Source: a candidate division WOR-3 bacterium UBA1063
Lineage (GTDB): Bacteria; Hydrothermota; Hydrothermia; UBA1063
Reading direction: 5' to 3'
Assembly: GCA_002316275.1 (NCBI GenBank)
Contig: DCDE01000013.1
Coordinates: 2,973 to 66,972, forward strand
Length of the DNA stretch: 64,000 nucleotides
Part shown: positions 1 through 10,425 of the stretch, piece by piece
Numbering within the stretch: position 1 is the first letter of the stretch
How the letters are laid out: the number at the start of each line of letters is the position of its first letter
Translations under genes and position numbers: made by a program
The notes under the pieces: model-generated
Seen by the model: the letters and a program-made list of their open reading frames with translations, nothing else
Told to the model about the DNA's origin: nothing
The model's database searches: none

Positions 1-1223
1 ACAGTTTCGATAGGGACTGGGACAGCTTAGATAAAAGTTATCAATTACACAAGGATGCCTACTCGAGGATCTTTGAGAGATGCGGCCTTGAATTTAAAAT
101 AGTTGAAGCATCTTCGGGCATCATGGGAGGTGGGCATTCAGAGGAATTTATGGTTTTTACAAAAACAGGCGAAGATTCCGTCGTAATTTGTGAAAAATGT
201 GGATATGCGGCGAACGCTGAGGTTGCTGAAGCTAATATCATAGAAAACGGATCAAAAGAAAATTTTAGCGAAAAAAAAATAGTCCACACCCCAAATGCGA
301 GAAGTGTTGAAGATGTGGCTCATTTCCTCGACGTGGAGCCTTCACATATTGTAAAGAGCCTCCTATATGTATCGGAGAAGGGGCAAACTGCCATGGTCTT
401 AATTCGGGGCGATTATGAAATAAATGAAGCTAAACTCCTCAGTAAATTAGGAACAGATTTTCAACTTGCTTCTCCAGACTTTATTAAAGAAAGATTTGGA
501 ATAGAACCCGGTTTCATAGGGCCAGATGGGCTTGCTGCGGATAAGATTATAGCTGACGAAAGTGTAAGACAAGTTGAAAGATTCGTAGCTGGTTCTAATA
601 AAGATGACTATCATATTGTTGGGTTAAAACTCAGTGATATTAGAATAGATGAATTTGCTGATCTTCGCCTTGTCCGCGAAGGCGATTTATGCAGCCGTTG
701 TAATGCTCCACTAAAAATATTAAATGCTATAGAAGTCGGTCATATATTTAAATTGGGAACAAAATACTCTGATAGTCTGGATGTAAAGTATGCAGATTAC
801 GATGGCACTCTAAAACCTATAATAATGGGCAGCTATGGCATCGGTGTCGGAAGGATAATGGCAGCAGCTATTGAACTATTCAATGATGAAAAGGGTATAA
901 TATGGCCTTTTGCAATCGCTCCGTATGAGGTCAATCTCATTGAAATTAATCCTGCCAAAACAAGCAATTTTAGCGACAATGTATACGAATTAATGACTAA
1001 ATCGGGCTTTGATACTATTTGGGATGAAAGGAACATATCAGCAGGAATAAAGTTCAAAGACGCCGAACTCATCGGAATTCCCATAAACATAATTATAAGT
1101 GAAAACAAAGCCGCCAGAGGAGAAGCAGAAATTCAAATTAGAAAAGATGCATCTAAGTATGATATAAAAGTTGAAAATCTTGTGCAAGCGATTAACACCA
1201 TTATCGAGGAGAAGAGGTTGTGA
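1..1223 (+). CDS. proS: prolyl-tRNA synthetase, C-terminal part (5' end outside window)
   Basis: Frame 3 is open from the window edge (SFDRDWDSLDKSYQLHKDAYSRIFERCGLEFKIVEASSGIMGGGHSEEFM...). Class II ProRS-like sequence with an anticodon-binding C-terminus. Followed by rimP-nusA-infB. Confidence 0.9.
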   Translation, partial: SFDRDWDSLDKSYQLHKDAYSRIFERCGLEFKIVEASSGIMGGGHSEEFMVFTKTGEDSVVICEKCGYAANAEVAEANIIENGSKENFSEKKIVHTPNARSVEDVAHFLDVEPSHIVKSLLYVSEKGQTAMVLIRGDYEINEAKLLSKLGTDFQLASPDFIKERFGIEPGFIGPDGLAADKIIADESVRQVERFVAGSNKDDYHIVGLKLSDIRIDEFADLRLVREGDLCSRCNAPLKILNAIEVGHIFKLGTKYSDSLDVKYADYDGTLKPIIMGSYGIGVGRIMAAAIELFNDEKGIIWPFAIAPYEVNLIEINPAKTSNFSDNVYELMTKSGFDTIWDERNISAGIKFKDAELIGIPINIIISENKAARGEAEIQIRKDASKYDIKVENLVQAINTIIEEKRL

Positions 1224-1663
1224 ACGCTAATAATTATAAAGACATTGAAGAAAGAGTGCTCGAAATGATAGAAAAAATTACCGAAGGTACAGGTATAATG
1301 ATTGTTGATGTTTCAATAAAGGGTATCGGCGGCAAGAAAAAACTGGAGGTCTCCATTGACAGAGAAGGTGGAATAACTTTAAGCGAGTGTGAGAAAATAT
1401 CCAATGAGATATCGCTCTTATTAGACTCAGAAAATATAATTCCTGGTTCTTACATACTTGAAGTTGGAAGTCCAGGGCTTAATAGAATTCTTAAGACGGA
1501 CAGAGAACTCGCCTGGGCGAAAGGTAAAAGGGTCATCATATATACTAAAGATAAAAGTTATTCGGGTGGACTAAAGGCCGTTGATAATGAATTTATTTAT
1601 ATTGATTCAGGGGAGAAAATCCCCCGAGTTGATATTAAAAAAATAAAATTGAACGAGGTGTAA
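1220..1663 (+). CDS. rimP: ribosome maturation factor RimP
   Basis: GTG start overlaps the proS stop (GTGA). 147 aa. Sits directly upstream of nusA. LEVGSPGLNRILK segment is typical of RimP/YlxS. Confidence 0.8.
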   Translation: MNANNYKDIEERVLEMIEKITEGTGIMIVDVSIKGIGGKKKLEVSIDREGGITLSECEKISNEISLLLDSENIIPGSYILEVGSPGLNRILKTDRELAWAKGKRVIIYTKDKSYSGGLKAVDNEFIYIDSGEKIPRVDIKKIKLNEV

Positions 1664-1664
1664 A

Positions 1665-2948
1665 ATGGCAGTAAATGAAATAGATCAATTAATACAAAGG
1701 ATTGCAAGTGAGCGAAAGCTGTCTAAGGAATTTGTCGTCGAAAAATTTAAGGAAGCAGTCGTTGATGTACTAAAAAAAAGACGTGGACCAAATTCCTCTT
1801 TTCATGTCTTATACGACCCTAAAGATGGATTCTCAATTATCACAGAAAAGATTGTAAAAGAAAACCCCCAGGATCCTAACACAGAGATCTCTATTGAAGA
1901 GGCTACAAAAATCTCTCCGGATGTTAAAGTGGACCAAAAAGTTGAGATTAAAGAAGATTTTAGGACTATTGGAAGAAGGTACATGAGTCATATCTCCGAA
2001 GCATTCCTTAGAAAACTTACCGAGGAAACGAAGAAACGGGAATATGAGAACCTAATGAAAAAGATTGGTGAGAAAATTGAGGGAACTGTTCTAAGAATCG
2101 AAAGGGATGAAATTGTATTAAGTCTTGGAAATGTCGAGGCTTCACTTCCATTTTCGGAGCTTTTACCTGGAGACAAAATCCAGAACCTTAGAAATGTTAA
2201 AAGACTGAAAGCAGTAATTTTAGAAGTGCAAGACACAAAAGAGAAAAAGGAAAAGAAGAAGTATACTTCTCCAGTTATCTTATCGCGTACTCACCCAAAC
2301 TTTCTAAAAAAACTCCTTGAAGATGAGATACCCGATATTGCCACTGGGCTTATAGAAATAAAACAAATTGCCAGAATCCCCGGAAGGAGAGCAAAAGTAT
2401 CCGTAAAGCCTAAAAGACCAGAAAGTGTCGACATTGGATCAATAATTGGAGTTAAGGGACAGATAATCAAGTCAATAACCGATGAGTTGGGTGGTGAAAG
2501 AATCGATATAATCAGGTATAGTGAAAACCCCTATAAACATGTGGCAAATGCATTATCACCTGCAAAAGACATATTGTGCGTCTTTGATGACGAGGAAAAA
2601 TACGTAGCAATTGTATCAGATGCAGACTTGCCAATTGCGAAAGGAGAGGATGCCATTAATGCAATACTTGCATCTAAGCTTGTGGGCAAGGATGTTCTGG
2701 TATGCCCTTTAAAGGACTTTGAACGAGTTAAACCTGCAAAGGGTATCACAATATTAGAGCTGGGGGAGGAAGTGCCCGCGAATATTATCCAAATCCTGAG
2801 AGAAAATGGGCTTTATTACTTCAAAGATTTGAAATCGTTACCCACACTCTCTGAGTTAAAGAGAATCGGCTTTAAAGAAGACCAGGCAATAAAGCTACTT
2901 GAGATACTTGAAAACAAAATTGTTGAGAAGGAGAAAGATGGAAAGTAA
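1665..2948 (+). CDS. nusA: transcription termination/antitermination factor NusA
   Basis: 427 aa. S1-like (GTVLRIERDEIVLSLGNVEASLP) and KH-like (IGVKGQIIKSITDELGGERIDII) segments. Conserved rimP-nusA-infB order. Confidence 0.9.
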   Translation: MAVNEIDQLIQRIASERKLSKEFVVEKFKEAVVDVLKKRRGPNSSFHVLYDPKDGFSIITEKIVKENPQDPNTEISIEEATKISPDVKVDQKVEIKEDFRTIGRRYMSHISEAFLRKLTEETKKREYENLMKKIGEKIEGTVLRIERDEIVLSLGNVEASLPFSELLPGDKIQNLRNVKRLKAVILEVQDTKEKKEKKKYTSPVILSRTHPNFLKKLLEDEIPDIATGLIEIKQIARIPGRRAKVSVKPKRPESVDIGSIIGVKGQIIKSITDELGGERIDIIRYSENPYKHVANALSPAKDILCVFDDEEKYVAIVSDADLPIAKGEDAINAILASKLVGKDVLVCPLKDFERVKPAKGITILELGEEVPANIIQILRENGLYYFKDLKSLPTLSELKRIGFKEDQAIKLLEILENKIVEKEKDGK

Positions 2949-5055
2949 AGAAATTAGGAGAATTGGGGATCTTGCGAAAGAATTAGATTTGACTGCAAAA
3001 ACAGTCATTTCCATTCTGTCTGAGATGAAGTTTAAGGTAAGTTCTCCACGTGATCCCCTAACTCCTGAAATGGAGTCAGCCGTCAGGGAATATCTTCAAA
3101 AGGAAAAAGAAGAAGCCCGGAGGGAACTAGAGAGAAAAAAACAGATTTGGGGAGAGAATAAAGAAAATTCAGAACAGAAAGTAAAATCGCCACAGAATAG
3201 CAAGTCGCCTGCAAAGCCCCAAGAAAGGTATAAAGAAACTATCGCAAAAATGACAAGAAGGCATGAAAAGCCTAAGAAAAAGTTCATAGAAGAACCTGTT
3301 AAAGACATTGAATACGAACCGAAGAAGCTCGAATTGTACAACAGATCTATAACAGTTGGTGACCTTGCAAAAATGTTGGGGATATCTCCAGCTGAAATTA
3401 TCCAGAAGCTATTCAGCATGGGAATGATGGTCACAATTAATCACACCCTCGATGAAGAAACTATCGATATAATAGCAGATGAATATGGCTACAATGTTGA
3501 ATTTTCTGAAGGGAAAGGCAGTGTATCTGTTGAGCATGAAGTTTTTGAAGAAGAGCGATCACCGGTGGTCACAGTCATGGGTCATGTAGATCATGGTAAA
3601 ACTACACTTTTGGACTTTATACGCCATACTAACGTTGCAAAAAAAGAAGTCGGTGAAATTACACAACATATAGGTGCTTATCAGGTCGAATATCAGGGTA
3701 AAAGGATTACATTTCTTGATACCCCAGGTCACGAAGCGTTCACAGCAATGAGAGCAAGAGGGGCTCAGGTAACAGATATAATAGTGCTCGTTGTATCAGC
3801 CGTTGAAGGAGTGAAGGAACAGACTGTAGAAGCAATAAATCATGCAAAAAGCGCTAGAGTCCCTATAATTGTTGCAATAAACAAGATAGATTTACCAAAC
3901 GCTGACCCTGAAAGGGTAAGGAGGGAACTTACTCAATATAGTCTAATACCTGAAGAGTGGGGCGGTGATACATTGATGGTAGATATTTCAGCCAAAACAG
4001 GGAAAAATGTTGATGAACTACTTCTTGGGATTTTACTCAAAGCCGAGGAAATGAAATTAAAATCTACTTCCTTAGGCCCTGCAAAAGGAGTTGTCATAGA
4101 ATCAAGAATTGATAGAGGTAAAGGCCCACTTGCCTCAGTTCTAATACAGAGGGGCACTCTTAAAGTTAGGGATAATTTTGTTGCTGGTCTGACCTATGGA
4201 AGAGTTAGGGCTATGTTTAATGACTGGGGCGAGAAAATTGAATATGCAGGCCCATCAACACCTGTTGCAATTCAAGGTTGTGAGGAATTACCCGTATCTG
4301 GCGATTCATTTGAAGTAGTACCAAGTGATACTGATGCAAGAAGGATTGCGGAAGAAAGGAAGAAGCTGAAAAAGGAACAAATCCAGAGAGGTGAATATAC
4401 TTTAATTCTTAAAACAATTCAAGAAAAGATTAAGTTAGGTGAGCTTAAAGAACTCACTCTTATTGTAAAGGCTGACTGCTATGGCTCTGTAGAGGCAATA
4501 CAGGACTCTCTATCAAAGATGTCTGTCAAGGACGTAAAGCCCAATATAATCTATTCTAGTGTCGGTGCGGTCACAGAAAACGATGTAGAGCTTGCCCATA
4601 CTGCACAGGGTGTCATTATAGCTTTCAATACGCCAGTGGAACAGAAAGCCAAAATTAAAGCCAAAGAACTTGGAGTAACTATAAAAACAACGAGACTAAT
4701 CTATGAACTCATCGAAGATGTGGAAAAAATGCTAAAGGGGCTCGTTGAGCCTGTTACAAAAGAAGTAATACTTGGCAAGGCTGAAGTTAGAAGACTCTTC
4801 AGAATTCCCAAGATTGGAGTGGTTGCTGGTAGCTACGTTATTGATGGTACAATTCAAAAGAATGCAAGAGCAAGAGTGTATAGAGATGGAGAAAAGATTT
4901 TTGAAGGTAGATTCTCAAGTCTAAAGCGGTTTCAAGATGACGTAAGAGAGGTTCAAAGCGGCTTCGAGTGCGGAATTAAGATCGAAGGATTTGATAAGCT
5001 AAAAGAGGGCGATATTATTGAGTGTTATAACATTGAGCAGGTCTTTGAATTTTAA
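2938..5055 (+). CDS. infB: translation initiation factor IF-2
   Basis: GTPase motifs GHVDHGKTT, DTPGHEAF and NKID. ATG 2938 is preceded by AAGGAG. The ORF-track start at 2899 lies deep in nusA and is less likely. Confidence 0.92.
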   Translation: MESKEIRRIGDLAKELDLTAKTVISILSEMKFKVSSPRDPLTPEMESAVREYLQKEKEEARRELERKKQIWGENKENSEQKVKSPQNSKSPAKPQERYKETIAKMTRRHEKPKKKFIEEPVKDIEYEPKKLELYNRSITVGDLAKMLGISPAEIIQKLFSMGMMVTINHTLDEETIDIIADEYGYNVEFSEGKGSVSVEHEVFEEERSPVVTVMGHVDHGKTTLLDFIRHTNVAKKEVGEITQHIGAYQVEYQGKRITFLDTPGHEAFTAMRARGAQVTDIIVLVVSAVEGVKEQTVEAINHAKSARVPIIVAINKIDLPNADPERVRRELTQYSLIPEEWGGDTLMVDISAKTGKNVDELLLGILLKAEEMKLKSTSLGPAKGVVIESRIDRGKGPLASVLIQRGTLKVRDNFVAGLTYGRVRAMFNDWGEKIEYAGPSTPVAIQGCEELPVSGDSFEVVPSDTDARRIAEERKKLKKEQIQRGEYTLILKTIQEKIKLGELKELTLIVKADCYGSVEAIQDSLSKMSVKDVKPNIIYSSVGAVTENDVELAHTAQGVIIAFNTPVEQKAKIKAKELGVTIKTTRLIYELIEDVEKMLKGLVEPVTKEVILGKAEVRRLFRIPKIGVVAGSYVIDGTIQKNARARVYRDGEKIFEGRFSSLKRFQDDVREVQSGFECGIKIEGFDKLKEGDIIECYNIEQVFEF

Positions 5056-5064
5056 ATTTTAAAA

Positions 5065-5346
5065 ATGCTTATCGGAGTACTTGTACTTGATTTATATTTG
5101 CCCATGTGCAATTCGTTAAAAGAGAAAAGAAGTGTTGTTAAAAGATTAAAGGATAAGATAAGGAACAGTTTTAATGTCTCGGTATCCGAGCTTGACGATC
5201 AAGATATTTGGAGGCGCACCCAAATTGGTGTTTCGTGTATCTCTATGAATGGGAAGGATGCCAACAATATACTCTCAAAAATTGTCAACCTTGTTGAGTC
5301 CGATGGCTCAGTAGAAGTCCTAGATTACAAGATTAGCTTTCTCTGA
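5065..5346 (+). CDS. DUF503 (YlxP-like) protein
   Basis: 93 aa directly after infB, the position held by ylxP in Bacillus. N-terminus LIGVLVLDLYLPMCNSLKEKRSVVKRLKDKIRN resembles DUF503. Confidence 0.7.
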   Translation: MLIGVLVLDLYLPMCNSLKEKRSVVKRLKDKIRNSFNVSVSELDDQDIWRRTQIGVSCISMNGKDANNILSKIVNLVESDGSVEVLDYKISFL

Positions 5347-5362
5347 GAGAAGAAAAATTGTA

Positions 5363-5629
5363 ATGAAGGAACGAAAAGTGCCGATAAAGAATAAGTTAGG
5401 CATTCATGCCAGACCAGCAACTTTAATTGCCCAAACTGCCAATCAGTTTGAATCCGATGTTTATATATGTAAAGATGATATTGAAGTAAATGGCAAGAGC
5501 GTCCTCGGATTAATGATGCTTGTGGCGCCACAGGGTAGCGAAATAACTATAAGATGCGAAGGAGCAGACGAAGAGGAGGCTATTGAAGCAATATCGAAAA
5601 TTATAGAGGAGGGATTCGGTGAGGAGTAG
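5363..5629 (+). CDS. ptsH: phosphocarrier protein HPr
   Basis: 88 aa. His-15 site GIHARPA and Ser-46 site NGKSVLGLM are both present. Confidence 0.85.
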   Translation: MKERKVPIKNKLGIHARPATLIAQTANQFESDVYICKDDIEVNGKSVLGLMMLVAPQGSEITIRCEGADEEEAIEAISKIIEEGFGEE

Positions 5630-7352
5630 CCAAGAGCTCAAACTTAAAGGTATTCCTGTCTCTCCGGGAATTGTAATTGCTCCTGTGAAAATCTTTAAAA
5701 GAAAACGGGCCCAAGTCAAAGAGAGAATACTTAAACCGACAGAAATCGAGGACGAGGTTTCTAAGTTTACGAAAGGTACTGAAAAACTTATATCGGTGTT
5801 GAACGAACTTAAAATGGAGACTAAAGAAGAGAATCTTGCTCGACTCTTAGATGTAGAGATTTCCATTCTAAATGATACAGAGATGCAAAATGACGTAATA
5901 TTATTAATTCGAAACAAAAGACGCAATGCTGAGTCAGCCATTAGTTCAGTTTTCAATAATAGAAAAGAGTCTCTGTTGAAACATGAATCTTCTTACATGC
6001 GTGAAAGGGCAAACGAACTCGAAAGGTTGGGTATGGATCTTATAGCAATGATCAATGATGACTATTCCAGAGAAGACTTTGGATTCGATGGAATTATTGC
6101 GACAGAAAGCCTTTCCATAGAACAAGCCTTGAGAATAGTCCGCAGTAATGCAAAGGGCGTAGTTACAGAGGTAGGTGGGCGTACAGAGCATTCCGCGCTT
6201 ATCTTGAGGAATTTCGAAGTCCCGACAGTCTTTGGCATAGAAAAAATTACAAAACTGGTTGAAGACGGGGATACAATGATTCTTGATGGCGGAAAGGGAG
6301 TTGTTATAATAAATCCTATGGATTCAACTCTGAACAGGTATTTTTTCATTAAAAGCGGATATGAGAGGTATGAATCAGGTCTGGCAAGCGAGAGAGATCT
6401 TCCAGCAATAACCGTTGACGGAAAAGAAATTGGGCTCTATGCTAACATCGACATTCCGGAAGAAGCGGATAGGCTTTTAGACTTGGGAAAATATGGTATA
6501 GGATTATTCAGAACAGAGATGGTTTTCAACGAATATTCATCGGATGAAGAAAAACAGTATCAGATTTATTACGATATAGCCAAAAAAGTATATCCAAATT
6601 CTGTAACTATCAGGTCGTTTGATGTCGGGGGAGACAAGTTTTATAGCGATTACACTGAAGAAAACCCTTTCCTCGGTTTGAGAGGTATAAGAGTATTATT
6701 AGAAGAACAGGAAGTCTTCGAGAGGCAAATTAGAGCTGTTATCCGTGCCAATGTTCATAGCAACATTAGGTTTATGATTCCAATGGTGTCAAATTATGAA
6801 GAAGTCCTTGAAGCAAAAAAAATATTCCTGAGGAATAAGAAATTACTCGAGAAACAGCAAAACAATGTGAATCAGCCAAGATTTGGTGTTATGATAGAAG
6901 TTCCTTCTGCAGTTTTTATTCTCGAACACATTGCAGAGTTAGTTGATTTTGTTAGCATAGGTACAAATGACCTTACGCAATATACCTTAGCTGTTAATAG
7001 AAAAAGTTTACGGGTATCTAAATTGTTTAACCACCTTCATCCTGCTGTGTTAAAATTAATTCAGATAACAACGGATATTTGTAGGGAAAAGAATATTGTT
7101 GTAGCATCCTGTGGTGAGATGGCATCGGATCCCTACGGAGTCGTGTTACTCGTAGGTTTTGGGATCGATGAGATTTCCTGTCCTTCTTCAAGAATTTTAG
7201 AAGTAAAGTCGCTAATAAGGAGGATCAATCTCTCAGATGCTGAGCAAATTGCTGCTGAAGCCGTTAAAAAAAGCAATCATAGAGCGGTAAAAGATCTCGT
7301 TGGTGAATATCTTAAAAGTGTCATGCCAGAATTATTAGAATTCTATGAATGA
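5619..7352 (+). CDS. ptsI: PEP-protein phosphotransferase (PTS Enzyme I)
   Basis: GTG start overlaps the ptsH end by 11 nt. Phospho-His motif GGRTEHSALILR. C-terminal PEP-utilising motif CGEMASDP. Confidence 0.9.
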   Translation: MRSSQELKLKGIPVSPGIVIAPVKIFKRKRAQVKERILKPTEIEDEVSKFTKGTEKLISVLNELKMETKEENLARLLDVEISILNDTEMQNDVILLIRNKRRNAESAISSVFNNRKESLLKHESSYMRERANELERLGMDLIAMINDDYSREDFGFDGIIATESLSIEQALRIVRSNAKGVVTEVGGRTEHSALILRNFEVPTVFGIEKITKLVEDGDTMILDGGKGVVIINPMDSTLNRYFFIKSGYERYESGLASERDLPAITVDGKEIGLYANIDIPEEADRLLDLGKYGIGLFRTEMVFNEYSSDEEKQYQIYYDIAKKVYPNSVTIRSFDVGGDKFYSDYTEENPFLGLRGIRVLLEEQEVFERQIRAVIRANVHSNIRFMIPMVSNYEEVLEAKKIFLRNKKLLEKQQNNVNQPRFGVMIEVPSAVFILEHIAELVDFVSIGTNDLTQYTLAVNRKSLRVSKLFNHLHPAVLKLIQITTDICREKNIVVASCGEMASDPYGVVLLVGFGIDEISCPSSRILEVKSLIRRINLSDAEQIAAEAVKKSNHRAVKDLVGEYLKSVMPELLEFYE

Positions 7353-7827
7353 AGGATTCTCCATAGAAAGCTCTTCTCCTCGTAAAACAAAGAACATTGG
7401 AAGAAAGCTTGCAAGCCTAATCGAACCACCATTTGATATCCTGTTAAAAGGCGAGCTTGGTGCCGGAAAAACTGAATTCGTAAGAGGGTTCCTTTCATAC
7501 TGGGGGCATAAAATTGTCCGGAGTCCTTCATTTACAGTTGTGAACTCCTTTGAAACCCCTAAGTACACAGTTCACCATATCGACCTTTTTAGAATAAGAG
7601 ATACCGAAGAAATTTTAGTAAGAGGAATTTTAGATCTACTACTAGAAAATGATTCAATTAGGTTTATTGAATGGCCTGAGCTCGTGCAGGATTTTATAAG
7701 CCCGGAAAAATCTATGATGTTAGAAATTGAAATATTAGGAACACGCAGAAGAGCTTTACATTTCAGATGTATGGATAAAAAATTATTAAAAGATTTAAAG
7801 GTTTTAATACATTATGAGATTGAATGA
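7345..7827 (+). CDS. tsaE: tRNA t6A37 biosynthesis ATPase TsaE
   Basis: P-loop GELGAGKTEFVRG plus SPSFTVVN...HHIDLFRI, as in the TsaE/YjeE family. Confidence 0.8.
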   Translation: MNEGFSIESSSPRKTKNIGRKLASLIEPPFDILLKGELGAGKTEFVRGFLSYWGHKIVRSPSFTVVNSFETPKYTVHHIDLFRIRDTEEILVRGILDLLLENDSIRFIEWPELVQDFISPEKSMMLEIEILGTRRRALHFRCMDKKLLKDLKVLIHYEIE

Positions 7828-8698
7828 AGCAATAGACAGCTTTATTGCATTTATTCTTGATGAACGAGGTTTGTCACTGAATACAATTTATGCCTACAAG
7901 AGGGATCTTACGAAGTTTCTGGAGTTCAGAGGTGATGTTGATGTATCTCGATTGAATTTAGAAGACATCGATGCCTTCGCTGAATTTCTGAGTTCACAAA
8001 AGTTATCACAAAATACAAAATCCAGAATATTTTCAAGCCTCAGATCGTTCTTCAGTTACATCGAAATCGAAGAAATTTCTAAAAAGAGTATAGCCTCTGA
8101 TATTCAAGTGCCACGAAAAGTTATTAAGCTTCCCAATTTCCTCACTGAAGAAGAGGTAAACAAGCTGCTCGAGACTCCAAATTTGGACACGCCTAAAGGT
8201 ATTAGAGATCGTGCAATACTCGAATTTATGTATGCAACAGGAGTTAGAGTTTCTGAATTAACAAATTTAAAACTTCAAGATCTTCTATTTGACGAAAAAA
8301 TAGCAAGAATTAGAGGCAAAGGTGGGAAAGAACGCATAGTTCCTTTTAACGATTATGCAGAAAAGTTCTTATTACTATATATTTACGAGGCACGTTCGAA
8401 GATTTTAAAGAAGAGAGGAGAGGATAAAGTTTTCCTAAATCTAAGAGGGAACCCAATTTCAAGGGTCTCAATCTGGAAAATTTTAAAAGAATACACTCTA
8501 AAAGCTGGTATCTCTAAGAATATTTATCCACATATTCTAAGACATACGTTTGCAACCCATATGCTAAAAAATGGCTGTGATCTTCGTACGCTCCAATTAT
8601 TCTTAGGTCATTCATCGATGATCACAACTCAGATATATACTCACCTTGACAGGAAATACTTGAGGGAAGTTCATAAGAAATTTCACCCCAGGGGATAA
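7814..8698 (+). CDS. tyrosine recombinase, XerC/XerD family
   Basis: RIRGKGGKERIVP, HILRHTFATHML and LGHSSMITTQIYTHL (R-H-R-Y catalytic pattern). No mobile-element context. Confidence 0.8.
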   Translation: MRLNEAIDSFIAFILDERGLSLNTIYAYKRDLTKFLEFRGDVDVSRLNLEDIDAFAEFLSSQKLSQNTKSRIFSSLRSFFSYIEIEEISKKSIASDIQVPRKVIKLPNFLTEEEVNKLLETPNLDTPKGIRDRAILEFMYATGVRVSELTNLKLQDLLFDEKIARIRGKGGKERIVPFNDYAEKFLLLYIYEARSKILKKRGEDKVFLNLRGNPISRVSIWKILKEYTLKAGISKNIYPHILRHTFATHMLKNGCDLRTLQLFLGHSSMITTQIYTHLDRKYLREVHKKFHPRG

Positions 8699-8700
8699 AA

Positions 8701-10413
8701 CTATTCTTCTATTTTTAGATGAAGCTCTTTTAGCTGTTTTGGATCGACATCGTTAGGTGCAAGCTCAAATAAGGCTTGAGCGCTCGTAGTTTTCGGGAAA
8801 GCAATACAATCTCTTATGCTATCAAGGCGAAGAAGCATTGCAACAATTCTGTCGAATCCCAGTGCTATTCCACCATGTGGTGGTGCTCCATACTCAAGAG
8901 CCTTCATAAGGAATCCAAAATCTCTTTCAATCTTATCATCATCAAGTCCGATGAGCTTCATTATTTTCCTTTGTATATTAACGTTATGATTCCTTATTGA
9001 ACCAGACGCAATTTCAACACCGTTTAGTACAAGATCATATTGATTTCCTATTACTTTTAGAGGGTTCGTTTCAAGTATCGATATATCCTCTTCTCTTGGC
9101 TGGGTAAACATATGGTGGCACGGATCAATCCGCTGTTCCTCTTCATTCCATTCAAATAGTGGGAAATCATGTACCCAGAGAAACTTGAAATCGTCATCTT
9201 CCGGTCTAAATAAGATATTCCTTAGTTTGCCCATAAGACTGTAAGTCTTATAATCGTCTGGACCAGCAATAACAAAATATTGCCCATTATCTAAGCACGA
9301 ATACGGCGGGATATACTTTCCAAGCTGTCCTGAAAACTCTCCGCCAAAGGCATTGAAATAAAGAACACCTTCCGCTCCTTCTGCAATCATTTTATTTCTA
9401 ATATCTTCAATTTCCTTTCTTGAAAAAACCTTCTCGCTCCTCAATGCAAGGATCTTTCCTCCTTCAGCAATAATTTTACTCAGGAGTGCATTGTCTGTAG
9501 AACTAAAAATTACTGCGAGGTCGATAATTTCTTCCTTAATTCTTAGATCCGGTTTATCGCTGCCATATTTTGTAAGTGACTCATGATAACTTATTCGTTG
9601 AAAAGGGGTTGCAAGTTTTTTATTAAACAATTTATCGAATATATTGACAAATAGTTCCTCTATGAGCAAAAATATATCATCAATTTCTGGATAGCTCATT
9701 TCGAGGTCAATCTGCGTAAATTCGGGTTGCCTGTCCTGCCTCAAATCCTCGTCGCGGAAACATCTTACAATTTGAAAGTACCTATCAAAACCAGATGAAA
9801 TTAAAATTTGCTTATACAGCTGAGGTGATTGTGGAAGAGCATAGAATTTCCCTGGGAAATTTCGAGAAGGCACTATAAAATCTCTAGCACCTTCTGGAGT
9901 GCTCTTTGTAAGAAAAGGAGTCTCTATTTCTATAAATCCTTTAGAACTTAGAAAATTCCGTACCAGTTGAAGGAGTTCATGTCGAAAAACAAGATTCCGC
10001 TGCATCCGTGGTCTCCTCAAATCCAAAAAACGCCAGGAAAGTCTCGTATCTTCCTGGACTTTTACATCATCCTCAGGAAGAAAAGGAAGGGGTGGAGTAG
10101 TGTTTAGTACCTCGAAGTCTCTCACTTCAACCTCAATCTTACCTGTGGGCAATTCTGGGTTTATCATATTCTCAGGACGATTTCTCACAATCCCTTTGGC
10201 TTTTAATACGTAATAAAGGCTTACTTCCTTAGCCTGCTTAAAGACGTCAGCCCTTGATGGTTCTACAACTAACTGTACCCTTCCATACATATCTCTAAGT
10301 TCAATAAAAAGAACACCACCGAGGTCCCTGATTCTACTAACCCAACCTACAAGGGTTACTTCATTTCCAACAATAATTTCACTTAATTCTCCACAATTAT
10401 GGGTTCTTATCAT
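8701..10413 (-). CDS. aspS: aspartyl-tRNA synthetase
   Basis: Class II motifs FQIVRCFRDEDLRQDRQPEFTQID and GGIALGFDRIVAML. OB-fold N-terminus. Confidence 0.92.
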   Translation of the reverse strand: MIRTHNCGELSEIIVGNEVTLVGWVSRIRDLGGVLFIELRDMYGRVQLVVEPSRADVFKQAKEVSLYYVLKAKGIVRNRPENMINPELPTGKIEVEVRDFEVLNTTPPLPFLPEDDVKVQEDTRLSWRFLDLRRPRMQRNLVFRHELLQLVRNFLSSKGFIEIETPFLTKSTPEGARDFIVPSRNFPGKFYALPQSPQLYKQILISSGFDRYFQIVRCFRDEDLRQDRQPEFTQIDLEMSYPEIDDIFLLIEELFVNIFDKLFNKKLATPFQRISYHESLTKYGSDKPDLRIKEEIIDLAVIFSSTDNALLSKIIAEGGKILALRSEKVFSRKEIEDIRNKMIAEGAEGVLYFNAFGGEFSGQLGKYIPPYSCLDNGQYFVIAGPDDYKTYSLMGKLRNILFRPEDDDFKFLWVHDFPLFEWNEEEQRIDPCHHMFTQPREEDISILETNPLKVIGNQYDLVLNGVEIASGSIRNHNVNIQRKIMKLIGLDDDKIERDFGFLMKALEYGAPPHGGIALGFDRIVAMLLRLDSIRDCIAFPKTTSAQALFELAPNDVDPKQLKELHLKIEE

Positions 10414-10425
10414 ACAATATAGGCC

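Noticed and set aside
2899-2937. Longer ORF-track starts: infB 2899, tkt 28226, DUF948 28268, cyclase 35848, kinase 23508, TIGR04076-like 21797, nrnA-like 52689 and nitroreductase 55985.
   Set aside because: The extensions overlap upstream genes or promoter hexamers and add non-homologous residues. The downstream ATGs have proper SD or leaderless-promoter context.
7814-8698. Tyrosine recombinase as a marker of an integrated mobile element.
   Set aside because: It overlaps tsaE within a housekeeping operon and abuts aspS. There are no flanking repeats, tRNA gene, or phage or IS genes. It is most simply the chromosomal XerC/D-type dimer resolvase.
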